Source: Candidatus Omnitrophota bacterium | Lineage (GTDB): Bacteria > Omnitrophota > Gorgyraeia > Gygaellales > Profunditerraquicolaceae | Reading direction: 5' to 3' | Assembly: GCA_018825985.1 (NCBI GenBank) | Contig: JAHKAP010000018.1 | Location: 4,134 to 68,133 of the forward strand | Length of the DNA stretch: 64,000 bases | Part shown: piece after piece, positions 1 to 10,355 of the stretch | How the letters are laid out: the number at the start of each line of letters is the position of its first letter | How positions within the stretch are numbered: position 1 is the first letter of the stretch | Program-made: the position numbers and the translations under genes | The notes under the pieces: generated by a model | What the model was told of the DNA's origin: nothing | Databases searched by the model: none | What the model saw: only the letters and a program-made list of their open reading frames with translations

Positions 1-1242
1 CAGAAGCACTCCTGTTACTGTATTAAAATAAGGCTTCTCGAAGAACCAGGGGCTAGTCCCGGAACCAAGCTTTGCTTGTAAGGTAGACATATAGATAGCT
101 GCATAATGAATAAGAGCCCAAATAATGACCCAAGACTTAACCCAAAATAGATAGATAAAATACTCCTTTAAAATACTGAAAGTTCCGAATAAAAGGCATA
201 ACAACAAAGTAAACGGAAATAAACTATAGATAATCATTACCGCGTAACCCTGTAAGTACGGCAGAGCCTTAATCATAAACTCAGACAAAGTGGTTGAAAA
301 AAACTGCCCTACAAATGATGAAGCATAGGCCAGCCAACTGGCTGGCTGCCTCATTATCCAGCTTAAGCTGGCACTCTTAGATTCTATGCCGTAGCCGGTC
401 ATATTAGAGGCTATATTTGTAGCTGCCTTCTCAGTGTGTCCGGCAAGAAGCCTTATCTTTATTGCCTTGTAATCTATGAAGAGATCAGTAAAAGGGCCCT
501 TAGCGCCTAATTTGCCTATCTCTGTTTTGATATAATCGGTTAGCCTTAAATCCAGGGCTTCCCAACGCTTTCTTTGCTCCAAATCATAGTTCATTATTAC
601 CTCTTCATTTCCCGGCCACCATTTCTTGGTTATTTTTGTTTCTGTTTTGGTGTTATTCACCATTCTGCCTAAAGTCTGAGGGTATTCGTTTTTAAGGAAG
701 CTCTCGAGGTCCTTTCTTAAGGCGTTATCCTTCTTAATCCCTTCAGCGCTAAAATGCTGTAGATATAAAGAAACTTTATTTACGATAAAAGGGTTGTTAA
801 GATAATTAAAATCCTTCTGCTGAGTAACCTTGGTGATAGCGCTTATCGTGCCATAGACAATGGCATTGTAACCTTGACTGATTAAAACAAGCCCTAAAGA
901 GCCGGCCCGGGATTTACCGGTGTCAATAAAGACTTCTTTTAAGGCTTCCTGGGTTGAGTTGCCTTTCCAGCCGGCTGCTTCCATAGTAGAAGTAGCATCT
1001 TCAAGGCTAGCCATAGGCTTAATAAAGACAAATAAAAGAATACAAAACATCATTAAATAACTCCATAAAATTGAAAAATCTGTTTCTTTAACCGATCTCC
1101 ACAAAGTAGTCAACAACCCAATAAGAAAAACAGCCAAACCTATCTTTGTCTCAAAAAACAGAAAATCTATTATTGACTTGGCATTAACCAAGCCAATAAC
1201 CTCGAAAGCCGCTTCTGCGGGAGATATACCTGTGGGAATCAT
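1..1242 (-). CDS. hypothetical integral membrane protein, partial; the C-terminal part lies beyond the window start
   Basis: The minus-strand frame is open from the ATG at 1240-1242 (MIPTGISPAEAAFEVIGLV...) to the window edge. Hydrophobic helices lie at both ends around a hydrophilic core. It is absent from the ORF track only because it is open at the edge. No family recognised. Confidence 0.45.
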   Translation of the reverse strand, partial: MIPTGISPAEAAFEVIGLVNAKSIIDFLFFETKIGLAVFLIGLLTTLWRSVKETDFSILWSYLMMFCILLFVFIKPMASLEDATSTMEAAGWKGNSTQEALKEVFIDTGKSRAGSLGLVLISQGYNAIVYGTISAITKVTQQKDFNYLNNPFIVNKVSLYLQHFSAEGIKKDNALRKDLESFLKNEYPQTLGRMVNNTKTETKITKKWWPGNEEVIMNYDLEQRKRWEALDLRLTDYIKTEIGKLGAKGPFTDLFIDYKAIKIRLLAGHTEKAATNIASNMTGYGIESKSASLSWIMRQPASWLAYASSFVGQFFSTTLSEFMIKALPYLQGYAVMIIYSLFPFTLLLCLLFGTFSILKEYFIYLFWVKSWVIIWALIHYAAIYMSTLQAKLGSGTSPWFFEKPYFNTVTGVLL

Positions 1243-1403
1243 TTTCTATAACCTCTTGTAAATAAAAAAACCCCAAGCCAAATTGACTTGAGGATATAAC
1301 AATTCTCTATTTGCCTTTGCTAATACAAAAAGGCTATCGTGCTGAGATCCAAAACCTTTAACTAACTCTGCATATCCATAAAAAACCACTTTCACACCTC
1401 TCG

Positions 1404-1433
1404 AAAATAAAAAGATAGCTTTTTGAGCTATCC
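1404..1433 (-). terminator. Rho-independent terminator (hairpin GATAGCUCAAAAAGCUAUC followed by UUUUUAUUUUC on the minus strand)
   Basis: A perfect 7-bp stem with a 5-nt loop is directly followed by a U-run when read on the minus strand. Confidence 0.45.
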
Positions 1434-1654
1434 ATCCTTTCCGAGAAGTGTAGTACTGCTTCCTTCGGCTTGCGTTATTCTAGTACTACGGGACGCCTCA
1501 TACTGAAAAAGCTCTTTGAGGAAGAGCAAGGTCATCCTGTAGGTCTGAACCCATTCGTCATCCAAATGTTTTAATATAAACGTTTTCTTTGCTCATTTTT
1601 ACCTATGATATTATATGCACTAGGGGTTTCGGCGTGGAAGATGTCTGCGCTTTG

Positions 1655-2080
1655 TTATTTGAAAATAATAATAATAACTCCTACTGTGATCAAACAAACG
1701 CCGATCCATTGATACATGCCTAAGCGTTCGCCCAAAAAAATAAGCGATAGAAGTATAGCAAACACCAGGCTTAATTTATCGATAGGGGCTACTAGCGAAG
1801 CCGGGCCGGCCTGCAGGGCCCGAAAATAACAAATCCAGGAAAGCCCGGTTGCAATGCCCGATAGAACAAGAAATATTAAACTGTGTTTATCGATCAAAAA
1901 CGGATTTTTCCACTCACGACGAAGACCTATCAATACACCTAAGAATATAATAATAACAACCGTCCTGATAAAGGTAGCCAAATTAGAAGGAATATTTCTA
2001 ACCCCGATCTTTGCTAATATCGCCGTGATCCCGGCAAAAAAAGCTGACCCAAAAGCGAATATCTTCCAGTCCAACATCAT
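1655..2080 (-). CDS. EamA-like / DMT-superfamily small membrane transporter (4 TM)
   Basis: 141 aa, four hydrophobic helices, and an EamA-type pattern (AILAKIG..., GERLGMYQWIGVCLITVGV). Confidence 0.65.
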   Translation of the reverse strand: MMLDWKIFAFGSAFFAGITAILAKIGVRNIPSNLATFIRTVVIIIFLGVLIGLRREWKNPFLIDKHSLIFLVLSGIATGLSWICYFRALQAGPASLVAPIDKLSLVFAILLSLIFLGERLGMYQWIGVCLITVGVIIIIFK

Positions 2081-2619
2081 GAACTCCTTATGTTTTTGTT
2101 TTCGCTAAAAACGCACCCGCAATAATGCTGGCGGTAAAGATTATGCCCCTTGGCAAAATCCATGGTTCTTTTGAAACCATCATTTTTTTTAAAATCATAC
2201 GCCAAAAAGCTGCCGTGACCCAACGAATCACCAATCTCATTAATAACCTTAGTATTCTTATATGGACTAATAGATAAGGTTGTTGCGAAATAGCCGAATC
2301 CTTTATCCCTGGCTAAGCCCGCCGCCGCGCTCAAACGGATCTTAAAACATACTTCGCAGCGCCTGCCTCCTTCCGGTTCTTTTTCCAGGCCTTTAACTGA
2401 TAAGGCCCAGCCATCTTTATCATAATGGCCTTCGATCAATTCAAAGCCCATAGACTTAGCCGCACCCTTAGCTGCCTCAAGGCGCTTTTTGTATTCCTCC
2501 TCAGGATGAATATTAGGATTATAAAAAAACCCGGTAACCTCATAACCATCTTCCCTTAACCTCTGGATACTACCCGCGGCGCATACCGCGCAACAAATAT
2601 GTAAAAGCGCGTTTTTCAT
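2077..2619 (-). CDS. queH: epoxyqueuosine reductase QueH (DUF208 family)
   Basis: N-terminal LLHICCAVC cysteine motif and the FFYNPNIHP/EEY block typical of QueH. Overlaps neighbours by 4 nt in an operon-like arrangement. Confidence 0.7.
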   Translation of the reverse strand: MKNALLHICCAVCAAGSIQRLREDGYEVTGFFYNPNIHPEEEYKKRLEAAKGAAKSMGFELIEGHYDKDGWALSVKGLEKEPEGGRRCEVCFKIRLSAAAGLARDKGFGYFATTLSISPYKNTKVINEIGDSLGHGSFLAYDFKKNDGFKRTMDFAKGHNLYRQHYCGCVFSENKNIRSS

Positions 2620-3386
2620 ATCTTCAAAGTCATTCCGTCATAGGCGGCAACCACTTCTCTTTTTAATTCCCGGGATAACTCTTTAGCTATTAAGTCAGGC
2701 CTAGCCTTAAGCATTGACATGCCAAAATGAGTGAGGATAGTTTTTTTGGGTTTAATTTCTTTTATCAGTTTCTTGGCGTCTTCAACTGACAAATGGTCTA
2801 TTTCCGGACGAGGTTGAACAAAGACTATGCCAATGATCAAGGTATCCACTTTGTAAAAATCCTTTAATCCCTTAAAATAACGGGTATCTGTCAATATACC
2901 TACGCTTTTATTGTTCATCCGGAATTTTAAACCATAAGTCTCAACCCGGTGGTCATGCTTCATTGAAACCTGAAACTTAAATTCTCCTACACTATATCTC
3001 CGGCGAGCTTTCAATACCTCTATCTTTTCGGGAAATCCTCTTAAATATTTAAAAATAACCGAATCCCCCTTTAAAGCATCCTGTGGACAGAAAACCAGGC
3101 CTTTTTTCTTAAATCCTCCTTCGGTCATGGCCTCGATCATCACATTGATATCCCCGCAATGGTCTAAGTGGCGATGAGTAAGGATAACCGCGTCCAATTT
3201 AGAAGGGTTTAATTTCGGTTTACTTGTAGAACAACGCACAATGCTGCCTGGACCGGGATCGATCAAAACATTAGTACCATTATAGGAAACCCAAAAACCA
3301 CCGGAGGACCGCAATTGTTTTATCATCACAAAACGCGCTCCGGCAGTGCCTAAGAATTTTATAAAATCACCGCCTACCTCAGCCAT
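2616..3386 (-). CDS. MBL-fold metallo-hydrolase
   Basis: HRHLDHCGD (HxHxDH) metallo-beta-lactamase motif; 256 aa. Confidence 0.7.
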   Translation of the reverse strand: MAEVGGDFIKFLGTAGARFVMIKQLRSSGGFWVSYNGTNVLIDPGPGSIVRCSTSKPKLNPSKLDAVILTHRHLDHCGDINVMIEAMTEGGFKKKGLVFCPQDALKGDSVIFKYLRGFPEKIEVLKARRRYSVGEFKFQVSMKHDHRVETYGLKFRMNNKSVGILTDTRYFKGLKDFYKVDTLIIGIVFVQPRPEIDHLSVEDAKKLIKEIKPKKTILTHFGMSMLKARPDLIAKELSRELKREVVAAYDGMTLKI

Positions 3387-3862
3387 AGTTTTTTTAGTTC
3401 CTCATCAATATCATGTACCTGAGTATAATTAAGATCTATTTTGATGTTTTCATTTTTATCTTTACCTCTACCTATGCCTTTACCTTCTGATTTCCTTAGA
3501 AACTCTTCCACCGATACAGGCTTAGCGCCTAAAGAACGGATAAAAAACTTTATCTCTCTATCATCCGAAACCACTAATGTATTTCTGGGGTTTAATTCTT
3601 TCTCTAACATCTTTTTTATCACATCATCGGCGTTCGTCTCCCGGGAAAATCTAATCTCAAAACCGCATATGTGTTCCCTTGAATAGCCGGCATCAGGAAA
3701 CCCGTCAAAAACAATAATAACCTTATTCTTAAGGCTGCCGCAGAGTCTATTATTTTTTATATATTCTACCAGCGAATATTTTGGGTCTCTTATTTTTTTG
3801 GAAGGATAAAAAGAAGCGTGGCGTATGACATTATACCCGTCTACGACGTATTGTAAGGACAT
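3374..3862 (-). CDS. NYN-domain (YacP/Rae1-like) predicted RNase
   Basis: VVDGYNVI, VIIVFDG, ETNADDVI and VVSDD blocks match the YacP-type NYN domain. Confidence 0.6.
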   Translation of the reverse strand: MSLQYVVDGYNVIRHASFYPSKKIRDPKYSLVEYIKNNRLCGSLKNKVIIVFDGFPDAGYSREHICGFEIRFSRETNADDVIKKMLEKELNPRNTLVVSDDREIKFFIRSLGAKPVSVEEFLRKSEGKGIGRGKDKNENIKIDLNYTQVHDIDEELKKLWLR

Positions 3863-4787
3863 AGATAAGGCCCCCGATGCCGGCGAACACCACCATAAAT
3901 AAAGAATTTAATAAGGACATTGCAAAAGCGATGTCCTTAGATACTCCTACCTTAGCGAAAAAGAATACGATAGTCATCTCCCTTACGCCTAAACCTCCTA
4001 TAGAAATTGGTAAAAGCGTTATCGCTCCGATAACGGGCAGGAATATGAAAAAATAAAGGATATTAACGTTCAACCCTAAGGCCCGGGATATAACATAAAA
4101 GGTTAAAGGTGAAATAGCCTGGATAACAATAGAGATCAAAAGGTTATAAACAATCACCCTCTTATTCCCTTTGAAGTAATAAATCTCTTCATGCAGGTCC
4201 TTTAATGACTCCCTGATCCTGCCTGCCCTGGGAGAATCCAGCATTTTATTTACATTTGAAAATATAAAATTATTAAACAACACCAATAAAATTAACCCGA
4301 GTATCCCGGTGATCAAAGCTATGGCGCTTAAAACGCTTTTATCCCGGATAACGCCCCAGCCGCATAACAAAGCAATCAAAGTAATAACTACCAACCCAAT
4401 ATACCCGCTTAAGCGATCCAGGAAAACGCTGGCTACCACCTCTTTGGTTTTCTTGGTATGTACTGCCAGATCAACGCTGCGCACAAAATCGCCTCCGATG
4501 GTCGAAGGCAGAAATAAATTAAAGAATATCCCCCCGGTAAAAGGCACCAGAAGTTTCTTCCAGGGAAGATTTACTTCCAGAGTCTTGAGTATCATTTCCC
4601 AGCGGAAAAAACATAAAAAATAGTTTAAGAAAAATATCCCCGCGGCCAACAATAAAAGCGGAACGTCAGCTCTACTGACAATCTCCAACAGGCTCTTTTC
4701 ATCCACCTGACGGAATATAAAATACAAAAGCAGGATGCTTATCCCGACCCTGAATATAATGGTCAATATCTTCTTGATTATTTTCAT
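3831..4787 (-). CDS. lysylphosphatidylglycerol-synthase-like / flippase-like multi-TM membrane protein (UPF0104 type)
   Basis: Polytopic membrane protein with the glycine-rich C-terminal region typical of the LPG-synthase TM-domain family. The ATG at 4787 (MKIIKK) is the likely start because it abuts the purC stop; the track start is 4826. Confidence 0.5.
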   Translation of the reverse strand: MKIIKKILTIIFRVGISILLLYFIFRQVDEKSLLEIVSRADVPLLLLAAGIFFLNYFLCFFRWEMILKTLEVNLPWKKLLVPFTGGIFFNLFLPSTIGGDFVRSVDLAVHTKKTKEVVASVFLDRLSGYIGLVVITLIALLCGWGVIRDKSVLSAIALITGILGLILLVLFNNFIFSNVNKMLDSPRAGRIRESLKDLHEEIYYFKGNKRVIVYNLLISIVIQAISPLTFYVISRALGLNVNILYFFIFLPVIGAITLLPISIGGLGVREMTIVFFFAKVGVSKDIAFAMSLLNSLFMVVFAGIGGLIYVLTIRRRRV

Positions 4788-4788
4788 T

Positions 4789-5682
4789 CTATTTAAGTTC
4801 GCTTCCCAGAATTTTTTTGTAGCCATCCAGGTATTTCTGGCTGGTCTTCTTAATGATCTCTTCCGGCAGGCAGGGGGCAGGAGGAGTTTTATCCCAATTT
4901 AGGCTTTCAAGATAATCCCGGACAAATTGCTTGTCAAAACTAGGCTGCGGAACTCCCGGCCTGTATTCATCTTTCGGCCAGAACCGAGAAGAATCAGGAG
5001 TGAGCACTTCATCGATAATGATCATCTCGCCGTTGTATATACCGAACTCGAACTTGGTATCGGCGATGATTATACCTTTGGTTAAGGCGTAATCGTGGGC
5101 CTTTTTGTAAATCGCAATGCTGACCTTCTTTAATTTATCCGCTACATCCCGGCCAACCAGCCTCTTTACATATTCCTGGTCTACATTAACATCATGCCCT
5201 TTATCCTCTTTAGTAGAAGGAGTGAATATGACAATCGGTAATTTATCCGACTCTACAAGGCCCGCGGGTAATTGTATTCCGCAGATCGACTGCCTCTGTC
5301 TATATTCTTTCCATCCTGAACCGGAAAGATATCCCCTGACCACACATTCTACAGCTATCGGCTTGGTCTTTTTCACCAGCATAGATCGGCCGGCAAGCTC
5401 GGCTGAATATCTCTTAAGTTCCTGCGGATATTGATTAACATCTGCGGTTATAAAATGGTTCGGGATTATGCCTTTTAAAAAATCAAACCAAAAACAGGAT
5501 AGCCCGGTTAAAACATTTCCTTTATTGGGTATGCCGCATGGCAGGACCACATCAAAACAGGATATCCTATCCGTAGAAATGATCAGGAGTTCATCCCCCA
5601 GATCGTAGACATCCCTTACTTTACCCCGCTTAAAAAACTCTATATCCTTATAATCAGTAGCCAAAACTATATTTTCATCCAT
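4789..5682 (-). CDS. purC: phosphoribosylaminoimidazole-succinocarboxamide (SAICAR) synthase
   Basis: KVRDVYD...[10 protein letters not shown] signature, 297 aa. Confidence 0.85.
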   Translation of the reverse strand: MDENIVLATDYKDIEFFKRGKVRDVYDLGDELLIISTDRISCFDVVLPCGIPNKGNVLTGLSCFWFDFLKGIIPNHFITADVNQYPQELKRYSAELAGRSMLVKKTKPIAVECVVRGYLSGSGWKEYRQRQSICGIQLPAGLVESDKLPIVIFTPSTKEDKGHDVNVDQEYVKRLVGRDVADKLKKVSIAIYKKAHDYALTKGIIIADTKFEFGIYNGEMIIIDEVLTPDSSRFWPKDEYRPGVPQPSFDKQFVRDYLESLNWDKTPPAPCLPEEIIKKTSQKYLDGYKKILGSELK

Positions 5683-5683
5683 T

Positions 5684-7483
5684 TTATTTTTCCTGTTTGT
5701 TTAAGCGGGATTTAAGATCTTCATACTCCTGCCATAATTCTATAGGAAGATCTTTCTTGAATTCCCGGAAAAACTTTTTTATTCCCTCTAATCCTCCAAT
5801 CCATGATTTTTTATCTATGGCAAATAATTTTTCTAAATTACCCCTGGGCAGGTCAAGACCGGTCATATCTATATCGTTAAAAGCCTTGGGGATATATCCT
5901 ATCGGGGTCTGGCGAGCATCTACTTTATCATTACAGCGGTCCAATATCCACTCTAAAACCCGCAGATTCTCCCGGTACCCGGGCCAGAGAAATTTATTAT
6001 TTTCATCCATTCTGAACCAGTTAACATGAAAGATCTTGGGCGGTTTATGCATCTTCTTTCCCATATTCAGCCAGTGACGGAAATACTCCGCCATATTGTA
6101 GCCGCAAAAAGGAAGCATAGCCATCGAGTCGCGCCTAACCTCTCCTTGTTTCCCAAATTGGGCGGCAGTCCGTTCAGAAGCCATAGTAGAGCCCACAAAT
6201 ACCCCATGCTGCCAATTAAAAGCTTCATAAACTAAAGGCGCCAAGTGCTGCCTGCGGCCGCCGAATACGATCGCCGAGATCTGAACGCCATGATGATGTT
6301 CGATCCTAAAAGAGGCTGAAGGGCACTGGCTAAAAGGCGTGGTAAATCTACTGTTAGGGTGAGCGGCTAAAACCGGTTTACCGTCCTTATCCTGCATACC
6401 GGGCCTCCAGGGATTACCTTGCCAATCAATTCCTGCCTGGGGCACATCTCCGTCAGCATCCTCCCACCAGACCGTTCCATCCGGCTTTAAAAGCACATTA
6501 GTATATATGGTATTCTTTTTGATCGTTTCAACCATATTGGGATTTGTCCGGGAATTAGTCCCTGGAGCAACTCCGAAAAATCCGGTTTCCGGGTTAATCG
6601 CCCAAAGCGCGCCGTCAGAATCTATGCGCATCCAGGAGATGTCATCGCCTACCGTCCAAATCCGGTAACCTTTTTTCTTAAGTCCTTCCGGAGGCAAAAG
6701 CATAGCTAAATTAGTTTTACCGCAGGCGCTAGGAAATGCCGCCCCGATATATTTAATATGGCCGTTCGGCTCTTCAATACCCATGATCAGCATATGTTCT
6801 GCAAACCACGCTTCCTTACGTCCGATATAGCTTGCTAATCGCAAGGCCATGCATTTCTTGCCTAAAAGCACATTGCCGCCATAGCCTGAACCTACGCTCC
6901 AGATAGTATTATCCTGAGGGAAATGCAGTATTAATCTTTTATTAATATCCAAATCCGCCAGGGAATGTAAACATTTGGTAAATTCCGGTTCCTTGTCTAA
7001 ATGCTCCAGGACACTCATGCCCACCCTGGTCATTATCATCATATTTAAAACCACATAGCGCGAATCAGTCAGCTCTACTCCGATTTTACTGAAAGGAGAA
7101 CCAACCGGGCCCATTGAAAAAGGAATGACATACATTATCCTTCCTCTCATCGACCCTTTGAAAATTGCCCTGGCTTTCTTATAGGCTGCGGTTGGTGACA
7201 TCCAGTTATTATTCGGTCCGGCAGCATGTTTTTTCTTCGTACAAATATAAGTAAGATGTTCGGTGCGGGCAACATCATTAGGATTAGTCCGATGCAGGAA
7301 ACATCCGGGCAGCTTATTCTGATTTAAAGGTATGAGTTCTCCAGAGGCAACAGCTTCTTTTTCCAACCTTTCCTTCTGCTCAAGCGTTCCGTCTATCCAG
7401 ACTATCTCATCCGGCTCGCACATCCGGCTGGCTTTAGCAACCCAATTCTTTAATTCTTTGTTGCGTGTAATAAATTTCGTCAT
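5684..7483 (-). CDS. pckG: phosphoenolpyruvate carboxykinase (GTP)
   Basis: FPSACGKTN kinase-1a motif and overall GTP-PEPCK similarity. The likely start is the ATG at 7481-7483 (MTKFITRN), preceded by GGAGAA and abutting the trxB stop; the track ORF runs further upstream. Confidence 0.85.
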   Translation of the reverse strand: MTKFITRNKELKNWVAKASRMCEPDEIVWIDGTLEQKERLEKEAVASGELIPLNQNKLPGCFLHRTNPNDVARTEHLTYICTKKKHAAGPNNNWMSPTAAYKKARAIFKGSMRGRIMYVIPFSMGPVGSPFSKIGVELTDSRYVVLNMMIMTRVGMSVLEHLDKEPEFTKCLHSLADLDINKRLILHFPQDNTIWSVGSGYGGNVLLGKKCMALRLASYIGRKEAWFAEHMLIMGIEEPNGHIKYIGAAFPSACGKTNLAMLLPPEGLKKKGYRIWTVGDDISWMRIDSDGALWAINPETGFFGVAPGTNSRTNPNMVETIKKNTIYTNVLLKPDGTVWWEDADGDVPQAGIDWQGNPWRPGMQDKDGKPVLAAHPNSRFTTPFSQCPSASFRIEHHHGVQISAIVFGGRRQHLAPLVYEAFNWQHGVFVGSTMASERTAAQFGKQGEVRRDSMAMLPFCGYNMAEYFRHWLNMGKKMHKPPKIFHVNWFRMDENNKFLWPGYRENLRVLEWILDRCNDKVDARQTPIGYIPKAFNDIDMTGLDLPRGNLEKLFAIDKKSWIGGLEGIKKFFREFKKDLPIELWQEYEDLKSRLNKQEK

Positions 7484-7484
7484 A

Positions 7485-8399
7485 TTATTTCTTCTCCAAT
7501 AAATATTTTTGCGCGGCGTATGCCGCCTCCGCCCCTTCTGAGCAGGCATTAATAACCTGGTATAACTCTTTTTGGCGGCAGTCACCGCAGGCAAATACCC
7601 CTTCCAGGGAAGTCTTTAAATTTTCATCAGTGATTATAAAGCCTAACTGATTAAGGTTCAATTGATTTTTTAAAAATCCGGTACCCGGGGTTATCCCGGC
7701 AAATATGAATACCCCCTGGCAGGCGAGCTCGCTTTTTGTATTTTTAATAATATCCTTTATTTTAATCTTTTCAACTTTATTCTCTCCGGATATCTCTTCT
7801 ACAACAGTATCCATGATAAATTCTATCCCGTGGTTGTTCTTAGCCTTATCCTGAAGCACTCCGGCTGCCCGGAATTCTTTACGCCGGTGGATGATGGTGA
7901 CTTTTTTGGCGTACTTAGTTAAGAAAATGGCCTCTTCCAGGGCTTTATCCCCTCCGCCCACTACCACTATTTCTTTATTCTTGAATAATGGCCCGTCACA
8001 AGTGGCGCAATAAGAAACCCCCCTGCCGATCAGAACCTCTTCTCCTTTTACCCCCAACCTCTGCGGTAAAGCCCCACAGGCAATGATTATTGTTTTCACC
8101 GGATAAATATTGCTCTCAGTCCTGACTAAATAATTTCCGGATCCTTTTTCAATAGCGGAAACTTCTTCTGAAACAATATTGACCCCCAATAAATCCACCT
8201 GCTTCTTAAATCTTTCAATCAGCTCCTGGGTGGATATGCCTCCCGGGAAACCCGGAAAGTTTTCTATTCCCGAGGAAAGGACAATCTGTCCTCCGCAAGA
8301 CACTTTTTCCAGAATTAAAGTATTTAATTTGTACCGACCGCAGTATAATCCCGCGGTCAAGCCTGCGGGGCCAGCTCCGATTATGATCAGGTCATACAT
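7485..8399 (-). CDS. trxB: thioredoxin-disulfide reductase
   Basis: IIGAGPAG FAD-binding motif and the CATC redox-active disulfide. Confidence 0.9.
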   Translation of the reverse strand: MYDLIIIGAGPAGLTAGLYCGRYKLNTLILEKVSCGGQIVLSSGIENFPGFPGGISTQELIERFKKQVDLLGVNIVSEEVSAIEKGSGNYLVRTESNIYPVKTIIIACGALPQRLGVKGEEVLIGRGVSYCATCDGPLFKNKEIVVVGGGDKALEEAIFLTKYAKKVTIIHRRKEFRAAGVLQDKAKNNHGIEFIMDTVVEEISGENKVEKIKIKDIIKNTKSELACQGVFIFAGITPGTGFLKNQLNLNQLGFIITDENLKTSLEGVFACGDCRQKELYQVINACSEGAEAAYAAQKYLLEKK

Positions 8400-8406
8400 G
8401 ATTGCT

Positions 8407-8601
8407 TTATCTTTTACTATTAATAAAATTGTTTATTGAACGATCAAAGGTCTTCTCTATATCCGCGGGGAAAAAACAAGCAGGGATCTCTTCGTTCTCG
8501 CGGTGATAAGTGAGGCACTCGCAGCATAAACCCTTTCGTGAACAAGGATTATAAGTGCAATTACAATTTGCGAGGTTCTTTTTTTGGTTTTGACAGGCCA
8601 T
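8407..8601 (-). CDS. small cysteine-rich protein (8 Cys, C-x-C-x4-C-x5-CC-x-C), function unknown
   Basis: 64-aa ORF with an ATG start that overlaps the def 3' end by 41 nt, which suggests translational coupling. No identifiable family; weak RBS. Confidence 0.35.
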   Translation of the reverse strand: MACQNQKKNLANCNCTYNPCSRKGLCCECLTYHRENEEIPACFFPADIEKTFDRSINNFINSKR

Positions 8602-9085
8602 TACTTCTACGCCTTGCCTTAATTTTTAATCTATCTAGAAAATTGGCGTAATCCACTATCAATTTTCCGTTAAGATGGTCTATCTCATGCTGAAGCGCGC
8701 AGGCTAATAGATCTTCGGCTTCAATATTAACCGGTTTTGCTTCCTGGTCCAGCGCCTGAACCGAAATTTTCTTTGCCCTTTTTATTTTAAGATAGGTCCT
8801 GGGCACGCTTAAACAGCCTTCTTCCCTGGTTTGGCTTCCTTGTTTTTTAATAATTTTAGGATTTATCAGTTTATAAAGCCCGGTTCCCACATCAACCACG
8901 ATCAGGCATTCATCTATCCCTACCTGGGGAGCGGCCAGACCAACACCTGACGAATCATACATCAGCTGGGCCATCTTGCTTAAAACCTCCTGATGCCTTT
9001 TGCCCGCCTTATCAATAAGTTTGGCTTTCCGGCGTAAAACCGGATCTCCAATAACCCTAATTTTTAATGGCTCGGTTGCGCCCAT
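8561..9085 (-). CDS. def: peptide deformylase
   Basis: EGCLSVP and QHEIDHLNG metal-binding motifs. Confidence 0.9.
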   Translation of the reverse strand: MGATEPLKIRVIGDPVLRRKAKLIDKAGKRHQEVLSKMAQLMYDSSGVGLAAPQVGIDECLIVVDVGTGLYKLINPKIIKKQGSQTREEGCLSVPRTYLKIKRAKKISVQALDQEAKPVNIEAEDLLACALQHEIDHLNGKLIVDYANFLDRLKIKARRRSNGLSKPKKEPRKL

Positions 9086-9410
9086 CTACTTTAACAATTT
9101 TTGGTTTGATTTTTTTTGCCTCGGCGTCTTCAATGCAGACATAAGAAACAACAATTACCAGGTCACCCGCGCAAGCGCCCCGGGCAGCCGGGCCATTCAA
9201 ACAAATAATCCCTGAACCAGGCTTGGCTTTAATAGCGTAAGTTTCCAAACGAAGTCCGTTATTTAAATTTAAAACCTCTACCTTTTCTCCGGGCAATATA
9301 TCCGCCTTTTCCATAAGCAAGGCGTCTATACTTATACTGCCTTCATAATAAAGGTTAGCCTCGGTAACTTTTACCCGGTGGATCTTGGATTTTAACATTA
9401 TCCTTAACAT
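9057..9410 (-). CDS. panD: aspartate 1-decarboxylase
   Basis: MLRIMLKSKIHRVKVTEANLYYEGSISID N-terminus with the pyruvoyl-forming Ser region; 117 aa. Confidence 0.9.
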   Translation of the reverse strand: MLRIMLKSKIHRVKVTEANLYYEGSISIDALLMEKADILPGEKVEVLNLNNGLRLETYAIKAKPGSGIICLNGPAARGACAGDLVIVVSYVCIEDAEAKKIKPKIVKVDGRNRAIKN

Positions 9411-9425
9411 AATTTTTCCTTTTTT

Positions 9426-10355
9426 TTATTGCGCCCGGATCGCTGTTACGGCTGCGCAATCAACTATGTCTTCAGCAGAACAGCCCCGGGAAAGATCACT
9501 ACAGGGTTTATTTAATCCTAAAAATAACGGGCCTAGAGCCCTGGCCTTAGCCAAACGCTCGGTTAATTTATAACAGATGTTGCCTGCTTCCAAATTAGGA
9601 AAGATCAAAACATTGGCCTTGCCGGCGACCGGACTAGTCGGGCATTTTATCTGTCCGACCGCGGGGACCAAAGCCGCATCTGCCTGCATTTCTCCGTCTA
9701 CTATCAAATCCGGGGCCATTTCTTTAACCAAACGTAAGGCCTCGGTTATTTTATCAATACTTTTACCTTTAGCTGAACCTTTAGTAGAATAACTTAACAA
9801 AGCCACTCTGGGTTTAGAATCCAGGATTTTCGCGCCCAATTCTGAAGCCAGCACAGCAATACAGGCTAACTGTCGGGCACTAGGCTCAGGTATAACCCCG
9901 CAATCAGCGTATATTAGATTCCCGTTATCGCCGAGATCACAATTAGGGACTAGCATAATAAAACAGCTGGAAGCAATAGTAAACCTATTATCTAAACCTA
10001 CGCAATGGATAGCTGCCCTGGCTGTATCAGCGGTAGTATGATTTGCTCCGGCCACAAATCCGTCGGCTTTCCCTTCTCTGACCATCATTGCCGCGCTAAA
10101 AAGCGGGTCCTCAAACATCTTCTTAACCCCACTTAAATCTATACCTTTGCCTTTACGCAATTCAAAATACTGCTGGATATATCTTTCTTTATCCTGCTTA
10201 TCTATGCTTTCAGGAGTCAAGAGTATTACATTGGCAATACCCTCTTTTTCAATGATCTTAACCGCCTCCAGGGTCCTTTTATCATTATACTCTGGCAAAA
10301 CTATCGTTTTCTTGTTCAGGCCTGCTTTTTGGCGGATTTTAGCTATAGTGTCCAT
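9426..10355 (-). CDS. pta: phosphate acetyl/butyryl-transferase (short-form Pta family)
   Basis: 309 aa with full-length similarity to phosphotransacetylase-family enzymes. Confidence 0.75.
   Translation of the reverse strand: MDTIAKIRQKAGLNKKTIVLPEYNDKRTLEAVKIIEKEGIANVILLTPESIDKQDKERYIQQYFELRKGKGIDLSGVKKMFEDPLFSAAMMVREGKADGFVAGANHTTADTARAAIHCVGLDNRFTIASSCFIMLVPNCDLGDNGNLIYADCGVIPEPSARQLACIAVLASELGAKILDSKPRVALLSYSTKGSAKGKSIDKITEALRLVKEMAPDLIVDGEMQADAALVPAVGQIKCPTSPVAGKANVLIFPNLEAGNICYKLTERLAKARALGPLFLGLNKPCSDLSRGCSAEDIVDCAAVTAIRAQ

Noticed and set aside
1441-1500. SRP RNA (ffs) call based on the CCGAAGGAAGCAG motif
   Set aside because: The 13-mer matches 4.5S RNA domain IV, but the flanking sequence cannot form the helix-8 pairing with a 5' partner strand and no terminal helix is evident. 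Kept only as part of the sRNA-candidate finding.
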